DNA of 63,459 nucleotides, counting the filler, from Craspedostauros australis (lineage: Eukaryota): assembly GCA_030167865.1 (NCBI GenBank). It is 15 parts of 15 records of this genome, joined end to end, with 100 filler letters (N's around TTAATTAATTAA, not from the genome) between each part and the next. Parts side by side here need not be neighbours in the genome. Positions count along the whole stretch, not along the records: positions 1 to 6,462 come from JALAGF010003529.1; positions 6,563 to 7,717 come from JALAGF010003530.1; positions 7,818 to 9,575 come from JALAGF010003531.1; 12 more parts are not named here. One strand, given 5' to 3'. A program made the position numbers and the translations under genes. Below the pieces are notes generated by a model. The model saw only the letters and a program-made list of their open reading frames with translations. It was not told where the DNA came from and ran no database searches. Shown piece by piece: positions 1 to 9,338 of the stretch (within the stretch, counting starts at the first letter, position 1; the number at the start of each line of letters is the position of its first letter).

Positions 1-746
1 TTGGGTGAACGAAATGAGAAAGCCCGCCACAGCTTCGGGACAGCCAGCACCCCTGCAAACAGGAAAGCCACCTCATCAGTTTCGAACTTTACCCCCTGCG
101 CGGAAAGGGCGTCGTTGTAGCTCTTGGAGGGGACTTGTTGCAGCTCCATCGTGGGTTGGACATCACCGTCTCGGAGCCGATAAATGCAAATGGTCTTTAT
201 GGGGGGTCTCTCCATTTCCTCTACCCTCTACCCTGCGACCTATTCATTCTTGCCCGCAATGAGGCAAATAAGAGTGGTATAGGTCGTAGCTGTGTCTACA
301 ATGCTCAATCGGAGATGTCTGGATGGTTGGAGTGGAAGACTTCATCAAACACACAACCACGGCTTTTGCGAAGGCCCAGGAGAAACTGTACAGACTATGA
401 CATTGTTGAGTCTGTGTTGTACAACAGCGAACAAGGGACAGCCTTGCATCCATCGCGTCATGCCACCTTTTCTTGAGTATCGTCACCACAGGGAGTTGAG
501 GTAAATGTGCATATATCCCTTCATGACCCAGACGATATACTACATCGTTTATCGTTTAACGTTTTCAGTTATGTTAATTTTTGATGACAACATATACTTG
601 CACAATACCATTTTCTTTACATCTTTAGAACACTGTTGAGCAGAGCTTTCCAATGAATATGTTTAAGTCTTATATTTCGTACTGCCATCTTATCGCTGAT
701 CGAGCCTGAAGTACTCGTAAATTAATTCTGGACCGCGGGACTGGAG
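1..746. repeat. Dispersed repeat A (degenerate transposon-like DNA), copy 1
   Basis: 1-667 matches 6563-7229 and the reverse complement of 7818-8484. Copies 1 and 2 stay similar but diverged to about 746/7308. No intact ORF. Confidence 0.9.
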
Positions 747-915
747 TGAAGCTGTTCGGCGAGGCTCAAATTGTGAGGCTGGCGACATCACATCCGTTTT
801 TTCACATCACACTCGCTGAAAATGCCGTTGTATTCCGCTTTCAGTGATTCCTTGCTTTCCTCTTCCAAGGTCGTCGTCTCCTCTCGTCTCTTCTCGTGTC
901 CTTTCCGTCTTCATC

Positions 916-1556
916 TGTTGGAAATCCGGGGTTAATGTTAGTAGGAACTAATTGGTTGTTAGATCGTACTGTTTTAGAACTGTGAGTTCATTCTCTTCAG
1001 CTCCTTTGCCTTTCATCTCATATATAGCATCTTCTGCAGCAGCATCACGTTATACTGTTGCATTCATGCATCTCATCATCATGAATCTTCGCTTGCATTC
1101 ATGAGATCATATCCGCAGGCATCCTTGTCATGCATCTCGTCATGCATATCATCATTCTACATTCCCTGTGGTACGATTCCACAGTCATGCGTTTCTCTCT
1201 TGATCTCCTGACACCAAACTTTACGATTGGTGTCATGATTGATGTCATGGTTGATGCCCTTTCTGAATTGTTCTAGTCCGTGGGTGACACGTGCCTTGAT
1301 CTCCAGATGGGGTGATCACCAATCTGTCGGTCATCATCTTCCTTCACATGATTTCGATGTCGTGGCTTTTCTTGATTCATAGAGGACAGGCTGATTTGCT
1401 TGGTAAGACTGCGGTCATTCACGTGTGATTGTGTCGTGGGTGGAATGGATAATATTCAATGGTGTGACGAATAATATCCAAAGGTGTGACGAATAATGTT
1501 GGGAGTTGCGGCAATCATGGGTATCTTCGACAGAGTCGTACCCTCGATTCCTGACA
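916..1556 (+). mobile_element. Non-coding TGT...ACA element, family 1 (solo LTR or non-autonomous DNA transposon) with 6-bp TSD
   Basis: Starts TGTTGGAAATCCGGGG and ends CCCTCGATTCCTGACA (imperfect inverted ends). TTCATC flanks it at 910-915 and 1557-1562. The same termini occur at 59537-60292. Confidence 0.85.
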
Positions 1557-2356
1557 TTCATCAGGTGCTTCCTTCAAGCGCACATGGGTGTGGCAACATC
1601 ATCCCTTGTGATGCTCATCTTCAATACGTCTTGGCTTCGTGACATCGTACCTTCCGCAAACTCAAACAATCATGGAGCTCACAATTTCATCGCGCTCACA
1701 AAAATCATCATACTCACATGCTCATCACACTCGTACGACGATAGCACCCATGCCACCAAGCCGCCAACCCTGAAACATACACCAACAGCACCACCACCCT
1801 GTCAGGCTGCCAGCTCCCACAAGCAAGCAACATCGAAGTTGGAATCACATCCAACTTCAAGCCCTTCACTATTCCAAGCAGAGAGCATGCTTCTGTATGA
1901 CATGAGTCACCCATATGTTGTATTCGTGAACGAGTCTCCCATGTCTCCAACGAACAACAACAGTGTAGATCGAACAGCACATCTATCACCAATGCCCACC
2001 TACCATGATTTTTTGGAGAGTGGCCCACCCAACAATCCCACCATTCCATGGGGTAGTGTCGACAGGGATTTGTGGTCTTCCTACAACAGCTCATCAAATC
2101 CACCCAAGTGGACTTCTCCATCTGACCACATCAACTCAACAAGCCAAGGTTCCACAGCGTATTCCTCCAGGTCAAGCAATGACAGCAATGAATGCAACAG
2201 GTCAACATGGGTCAAGCCAACTATTCACCACATGGATCAAGCAGCAATAGCAAGGCACTTTGCCTCTGCCAGCAGAGATCATTCATTCAGTGCCAGCCCA
2301 GCTCTGTTTGGATCAAGCATTGACAGAAGTGTGGACAATGGTTCCACCACTACATT

Positions 2357-2408
2357 TGTTAGGAATTGAGGGTACGACTTTGTCAAGATACCCATGATTG
2401 CCACATCT
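2357..2408 (-). mobile_element. Right terminus of a family 1 element, reverse orientation
   Basis: TGTTAGGAATTGAGGGTACGACTTTGTCAAGATACCCATGATTGCC closely matches the reverse complement of 1510-1556. The other end was not recognised. Confidence 0.7.
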
Positions 2409-2902
2409 ACCAAAATTATCAATCATGACTGAATAATTTGACTCTTGTTGATCACACCCTTGACCCAATATTAACATGACTGATCTCAGTCTTACCAAGA
2501 AATCCAGCCTGTCCTCCTCTAACATGAACACCATGACAATGTGAAACAGCAAGTACCGACCTGAACCGACAAGAGACCCTCTTGGTCGGAGAGGTATGCC
2601 CGGAAGGGGCGCAGGGGCAGTGGGTAGGAATCGTATCCCACTTGGAGAAACAGAAACCAATATATGAAATGCAACACGTGCTCCTGACGGACAAGACCAA
2701 TCGTATGCTTGCACTGCTGATAAGAAAGCCTCAGAAAGAGAAAAGCAGATGAATCGTAAAAGCAGCAAATGACCCGAGTGTCGAGATGTACATGCGTGTA
2801 TATGTCAAGATATGCATGTGTGTATGTGCATCGTTCACCCGCTATTCTCTTATACATGTACGGACGGTACAACTACATTCGTGTCAATAGTATACTGTGA
2901 TT

Positions 2903-3587
2903 TGTCAGAATCACATCACAAATGGAACACACCAAAATGAGCAGAATTTCGGGAGGAAATTTGCAATCAACGATTTCTGAGAGAATCAGGAACATCGTCC
3001 GTCCATCCATCAATGGAAACACATGGTATCGAGCGAATCTCGATGTACTTCCCAACTAAACCTCAAATGACGACATCCTCACCAAGCCATCGACATCATC
3101 GATGGAACGTGACATCTGGAGGAACAGGAAGGCGACAGCTGACATTGACAGGATGTCATCATGTCACCACGTCGACATCTGTCTCCATGTCAGAAGCAGA
3201 AGGTGAAGATTCGATGACCAAAGGGCATCGAGATCATGGATACGCGAAGAGGAGTTCAAGTGGCAAGCACTCATGGAGTAGGAACCAGTAGTGAACAAAC
3301 GGAGTGTCAAATGCGGAGTACGCATCGAACACGGAGTATCATGTAGCACGAACACGCAACATTGAGAAGAGAGAGAATACGAACAACAGCAAGAGAACAT
3401 CTCACGCACCGACCCATAGTCGGAGACCAATCTACGAAACAGAGACACACACCAAGAGCATCAGGCAAGAGAACAAGAGACACTGAGAGGATCGGAGTTC
3501 TCACGTAATGAAATAGCAAACAGAACGACTATCAACCATCACCGTCTTCCACGATCGCAAGGTATCCGTCTACGGAACTTGCCAACA
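2903..3587 (-). mobile_element. Non-coding element, family 2 (terminus TGTTGGCAAGTTCC), probable solo LTR or MITE
   Basis: Ends GGAACTTGCCAACA at 3587. The body aligns with 57062-57715, 58901-59379 and (inverted) 6214-6462. The left boundary TGTCAGAA at 2903 is tentative because no TSD matches. Confidence 0.75.
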
Positions 3588-3933
3588 CGAAAGTTGGAAT
3601 AACTGATTTCGCAATGTTTATTGCCCAATTATTGGGCATTGGTTCGTTGTCTTACTAGTTATTTTCTTGTCTGTTTTTTGTCTTTGATTTGTTTATTCGT
3701 GTTAGTTTGCTACGACAACTTCTTCCGGAATGTTTGGTTCCTTTTGAGAATTGTAGCGAAAATAAGATACTCGTCATGTTGGACATCGCGACTGGGCCGC
3801 TGCAGATTCCATCCAGTACGGTGGTCATGATTTGGTGCCATTGGATGCTCTCATGAATAAACAGTACTGCGATCGCAGATGTGTTGGGAACAATCCGTTT
3901 GCGTTGTTCATGTTTTGGAGATCCTGGATCGTT

Positions 3934-6034
3934 CTAGACCTGTTCGTCATTCTCCTTGGCTTCTCCGACATCCTTGGTCGAGTCTACTGCACCTGCGCCT
4001 GCTTCAGCAACAGCTTGACGTGCAGCGTCTTCCTCGATCTGCGACAGGCGCATGGAGAAACGACGGGACAAACGCTCCGCCATCAACGTGCGATTGTCGC
4101 GAGCATTGTCGTACTCTTCATGGCACTGTGCAGTCGAAGAGGCAATCAAAGATCGCAGCCGAAAGGGATGGATGGTTTCAGAACAAAGACATCATGTCAG
4201 ATGCGAGCACGATAGTGTGGCGAATGAATGGATGGCTGAATGGCTGAATGGTCGGCAACACAGATGTACCATACGCGCGCATCATCATTCCAGCTGCGCA
4301 TACTATTCACGCAAATCACCCACGCATACCACATGAAGCACACTGAGCCGCCCCACAGAACAGGAAACACACTCACCTGACCCATGAAAGCACAGAACTC
4401 AAGGAAGTCAACATATCCGCTGCCATCGGCATCCATCACCGCCCACAACGCTTCGAAGTCATGACGGTTCATCTCGACCGCCTTTCCAGAGCTCAAGAAC
4501 TCCCACATGCCCTCCTTTGTGATGTTGCCAACGGAGCTCGCACGTCGGTCACTCATGTCGGCCGTAGATTGGGCGTCGATCTTCTGGAACTCGCGAGCCA
4601 ATGCCGCGGCATCCATGCGTCTGGCTGGTACGCGGATACTCATGGTCTGTGCAACACGTGCGGCGAATACGGCACGGTATCTCTTTGCCTGTTGTTTGTT
4701 GTAGATGTAGACTGCGATGACGACTACGATGAGAAAGAGGAGGACACCGCCGATGGTGAATCCAGCGATGACTCCTGACTTGACTGGTGTGGTTGGCTCT
4801 TGGTATGGGTTTGTGGCGCAGTTGGGGTCGAACTGTGTCGTCCATGCATTGATTGATTGGTGGAGTGCATGCATGGAGGGACGGGAGAGATAGCAAATGA
4901 AAAAAGATCGGGAATGTGAGAGAGGGAAAGCCGCGGCAGATTTGTGAGGACAAAAGGTCGCTGATGCCAACTGCACTACGAATATAAGCCTTGGCATCTG
5001 TAGAATACAGAATAGATGTACTTGCCTCACACCATTGCTCCTCTGATGGGTAAACGCCAGTCAGCGAAGTGTTGGTCATGGGCACCTCGATGTGGAGTGC
5101 TTCAGGGACAGCGAACTCGTCGTAGTCGCTCCTGATGCCTGCAATGAACTCGTCCTCTGTGATGCGCTGGTTGTGGCAGCTCTGGAAAAAGAGCAACTTG
5201 GACCTGTTATACATAGAACTAATCTCTTTTTGAACACTGCAGGCTGCATCAAGGCATGTGACTGTGATCACGAGGGTCAAGAAGCTCCGACTTGCCACGA
5301 CTCCCTTGGTCACAATGGTGTCATTTCCAACAGGGTACGTGATCGTGTTTTCTTCACCCCCCTGGGGGCGAGGGGAACCCAGGTTTTGTTGAAAGGGCAA
5401 GGTGATAGTTCTCCCATCCAGCTCAAAGGTTGACGTTCTAAATACGTCCAAGCCCTGTGCCAGCCCGATCGTGCCGACCTCTGGTGCTGGGGGCAGGATT
5501 CTGTATCGATGATGGAATGTTCTTGTTCCTGAGGTCGTGTAGTTGCTATACGTCCTTGATGGGAAGCCGCCCGTCAAGATGGTTCCTAGTCCAGTAGCGG
5601 GGATTGCGTCCACCACGAGAGGTTGGGAGTCTGCTCCGTAAGTGTACGTATCACAGACAAAGAACCCATCAAAGGCGGGCTTGAGAGAGAGAGAGAGAGA
5701 GAGAGAAGCAGAAGCAGAAGTATGCGCGGGGATATGCCAAACAGAAAATTGGCCACACAACGGAGAATAGGAAAAAAGGTGAGGTGAGGACGAAGGGGGG
5801 TGGGCAGTACTAGCAGAGGTGCAAACATGATCATGCTACCCTCGTTGCGTTGCGAAGACGTACCAAGATTCCTGGCTGATCGTTAATGTCATACTTGGCA
5901 TTGTCCTTGTAGCGAGGATCTGAATCAGAGAGGCAGGGTTCGCGCCACGGATTGCCACATTTGGCACCAGCCACCATGTTGCCCGTCATGGCGGCGGCGA
6001 CAGTGATGCTTGCGAAGAGGAAGCGCGAGGTCAT
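3934..6034 (-). CDS. Signal peptide + extracellular domain + single TM + cytosolic EF-hand protein (~490 aa, 4 exons)
   Basis: Exons 6034-5864, 5679-5026, 4832-4377 and 4125-3934 join in frame (GT-AG, GC-AG, GT-AG). It has a hydrophobic N-terminus MTSRFLFASITVAAA, TM GVIAGFTIGGVLLFLIVVVIAVYIY and canonical EF loop DADGSGYVDFLE. A paralog at 60915-62075 conserves the splice sites. Confidence 0.8.
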
Positions 6035-6213
6035 TCTGAATTCGTTGATCTTGTGGAGGCTGAATTTCTGGCCAGATCAGAATTTGTGAGAACATCGGCA
6101 GCTCGTTTCCCAGCTGCGGAGCTTCAATGCGCCTTGCCTGCAACTTGTTGCGGTCGTGATGCGGTTCATCAGTTGTGGCTGCGGTTGCGGCTGTCACCGT
6201 GATCGTGCTTCAA

Positions 6214-6462
6214 TGTTGGCAAGTTCCGCGCACGGTAACCTACGATCGTGGAAGATGGTGTTGGTTGATAGTCTTCTGTTTGCTATTTCATTAGTTGGCT
6301 ACTCCGATGCTCTCGGTGTACGCCGTTCTCTCGCCCGATGCTCTCGGCGCTTCAATCTGTTTCGTAGATTCGGTCTCTGACTATGAGTCGGTACGCGAGA
6401 TGCTCTCTCGCTCCTCTTCTGTATTCTCTCTCTCTCAACATCGTGTGCTCGTCGCACACGAT
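6214..6462 (+). mobile_element. Family 2 element terminus, 180 bp upstream of the EF-hand gene start
   Basis: Begins TGTTGGCAAGTTCC and is an inverted match to about 3340-3587. Truncated by a linker. Confidence 0.75.
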
Positions 6463-6562
6463 NNNNNNNNNNNNNNNNNNNNNNNNNNNNNNNNNNNNNN
6501 NNNNNNTTAATTAATTAANNNNNNNNNNNNNNNNNNNNNNNNNNNNNNNNNNNNNNNNNNNN
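6463..6562. other. Artificial contig linker N44-TTAATTAATTAA-N44 (first of 14)
   Basis: The same 100-nt spacer occurs at 7718, 9576, 25454, 28396, 29873, 32535, 34860, 39171, 46789, 49076, 56962, 58767 and 62076. The 12-mer gives stops in all six frames. Confidence 0.97.
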
Positions 6563-7308
6563 TTGGGTGAACGAAATGAGAAAGCCCGCCACAGCTTCGG
6601 GACAGCCAGCACCCCTGCAAACAGGAAAGCCACCTCATCAGTTTCGAACTTTACCCCCTGCGCGGAAAGGGCGTCGTTGTAGCTCTTGGAGGGGACTTGT
6701 TGCAGCTCCATCGTGGGTTGGACATCACCGTCTCGGAGCCGATAAATGCAAATGGTCTTTATGGGGGGTCTCTCCATTTCCTCTACCCTCTACCCTGCGA
6801 CCTATTCATTCTTGCCCGCAATGAGGCAAATAAGAGTGGTATAGGTCGTAGCTGTGTCTACAATGCTCAATCGGAGATGTCTGGATGGTTGGAGTGGAAG
6901 ACTTCATCAAACACACAACCACGGCTTTTGCGAAGGCCCAGGAGAAACTGTACAGACTATGACATTGTTGAGTCTGTGTTGTACAACAGCGAACAAGGGA
7001 CAGCCTTGCATCCATCGCGTCATGCCACCTTTTCTTGAGTATCGTCACCACAGGGAGTTGAGGTAAATGTGCATATATCCCTTCATGACCCAGACGATAT
7101 ACTACATCGTTTATCGTTTAACGTTTTCAGTTATGTTAATTTTTGATGACAACATATACTTGCACAATACCATTTTCTTTACATCTTTAGAACACTGTTG
7201 AGCAGAGCTTTCCAATGAATATGTTTAAGCTTCATATTTCGTACTGCCATCTTATCGCTGATCGAACCTGAAGTGCTCGTGACTTAATTCTGGACCACAG
7301 GACTGGAG
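6563..7308. repeat. Dispersed repeat A, copy 2
   Basis: Starts at the same base as copy 1, is identical to 7229, then diverges. Confidence 0.9.
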
Positions 7309-7315
7309 CGGCACT

Positions 7316-7402
7316 TGTTGGAAATCCGGGGTTATAGATATAGTCTAATGCTTATTAAACTGTACCGTTTTAGAACTGTGAGAACAACACACTCATTTCT
7401 CA
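7316..7402 (+). mobile_element. Left terminus of a family 1 element
   Basis: TGTTGGAAATCCGGGGTT...TTTAGAACTGTGAG, as at 916 and 59537. Runs into an N gap. Confidence 0.8.
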
Positions 7403-7817
7403 NNNNNNNNNNNNNNNNNNNNNNNNNNNNNNNNNNNNNNNNNNNNNNNNNNNNNNNNNNNNNNNNNNNNNNNNNNNNNNNNNNNNNNNNNNNNNNNNNN
7501 NNNNNNNNNNNNNNNNNNNNNNNNNNNNNNNNNNNNNNNNNATCGGTCTACACTCCTGAGGTGCATGCATGCTGATGCTTGATTCACTCTCTTCTCATCA
7601 GGCATCCATCACTCATTCAGTACACTCTTCCGCGTTGTTCACTCACTCCTCTCACATGCTCACCGACAATCACACTTGCTCAGAACATGGAGTTCTGGCA
7701 CGATCGGTCCAGTCCTTNNNNNNNNNNNNNNNNNNNNNNNNNNNNNNNNNNNNNNNNNNNNTTAATTAATTAANNNNNNNNNNNNNNNNNNNNNNNNNNN
7801 NNNNNNNNNNNNNNNNN

Positions 7818-9146
7818 CTTAAACATATTCATTGGAAAGCTCTGCTCAACAGTGTTCTAAAGATGTAAAGAAAATGGTATTGTGCAAGTATATGTTGTCA
7901 TCAAAAATTAACATAACTGAAAACGTTAAACGATAAACGATGTAGTATATCGTCTGGGTCATGAAGGGATATATGCACATTTACCTCAACTCCCTGTGGT
8001 GACGATACTCAAGAAAAGGTGGCATGACGCGATGGATGCAAGGCTGTCCCTTGTTCGCTGTTGTACAACACAGACTCAACAATGTCATAGTCTGTACAGT
8101 TTCTCCTGGGCCTTCGCAAAAGCCGTGGTTGTGTGTTTGATGAAGTCTTCCACTCCAACCATCCAGACATCTCCGATTGAGCATTGTAGACACAGCTACG
8201 ACCTATACCACTCTTATTTGCCTCATTGCGGGCAAGAATGAATAGGTCGCAGGGTAGAGGGTAGAGGAAATGGAGAGACCCCCCATAAAGACCATTTGCA
8301 TTTATCGGCTCCGAGACGGTGATGTCCAACCCACGATGGAGCTGCAACAAGTCCCCTCCAAGAGCTACAACGACGCCCTTTCCGCGCAGGGGGTAAAGTT
8401 CGAAACTGATGAGGTGGCTTTCCTGTTTGCAGGGGTGCTGGCTGTCCCGAAGCTGTGGCGGGCTTTCTCATTTCGTTCACCCAACACAACAGAATGGCTG
8501 GGCTGGTGTGTGATCACGCGTACTGGTATCTCGCAGATGTTGCGACTTCCATGATGTGAATCATGGACACCACGCAGGCAGTTTTCTGCTCCCGACTTGT
8601 CCCAAGCGTGTGGGCCACAACACAAAGTTGGAGAACGGCACAACGATTGGAATACTGTTGTCTCCAAGCTACCATACGTATGCAGGATGGATGAGTGGAA
8701 CATCACACGCCACGCTTCGCCACAGCTCGTGCCCCACGTCTGCGCGGTCCCGGTTCATCATCAACGCGTTTTGGATTGGCTGGACATGGCGAACAAGGTA
8801 CCGATTGCGCTTTGGCACCCCGCCCTTGTACAGGTACTCGTGCGCGTGCCACACATCTTGACGACACACTCAAAAATGCGAAAGTCTCACGAAGTGAGAC
8901 CTTCGTGATGTTCCGGCCCAGGGGGACCTTTTGCGCTTTGAGGTAGGCGTTGATGCAATAAAAGTCAATGAGTTGGGTAGCGCAAGAGGAAGCAAATGTA
9001 CGAGCACTAACAACAGCAGAAAGGATCAGCGTTGGTGTACGAGCTATTGTATGATGTTGTACAAGCTCTTCATATCTGTGGCCACGACATTCTGGACTTG
9101 TAGCTTGTGGGCATCTCGGCAAGGCTCGCCTGTGATGAACAAAGTG
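7818..9146 (-). pseudogene. Repeat A copy 3 plus extension: degenerate TE-borne coding remnant, possibly Ulp1/C48 peptidase-like
   Basis: Broken minus-strand frames contain QLIDFYCINAYLK, FVLWPTRLGQ and ESHLISFELYP..GVVV, loosely resembling Ulp1 motifs. There are many stops and frameshifts. Confidence 0.3.
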
Positions 9147-9338
9147 AGTTGAGATTCAATGAGGGACAGACTAGTACCGAACACGGTATCAACCCGATGG
9201 GAGAAATTCCTGTTTTGGCGCGAAATCTTCCGACTTGATTGACCACCAAACCTTTTTCTCCTCCTTTCTCTCCTCCATTCACGAATCCATCATGACTCAA
9301 ACCTGACCGACCTGACTCACACCCCACCTGGGAACTAT
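9147..9338. repeat. ~190-bp dispersed repeat B (also 38980-39170), probable TE end or 5' region
   Basis: AGTTGAGATTCAATGAGG...CACCTGGGAACTA is present in two unrelated flanks with a sharp left boundary. Confidence 0.85.

Noticed and set aside
1506..2369. 287-aa ORF as a gene
   Set aside because: It has a non-ATG start inside one TE terminus and its stop inside another, is CpG-decayed and low-complexity, and has no recognisable domain.
2349..2879. ACTACATT repeat as the TSD of the reverse family 1 copy
   Set aside because: The second copy is not preceded by the expected ...GATTTCCAACA terminus.
2897..3593. TSD around the family 2 copy
   Set aside because: The flanks GTGATT and CGAAAG do not match, so the left boundary and TSD remain unproven.
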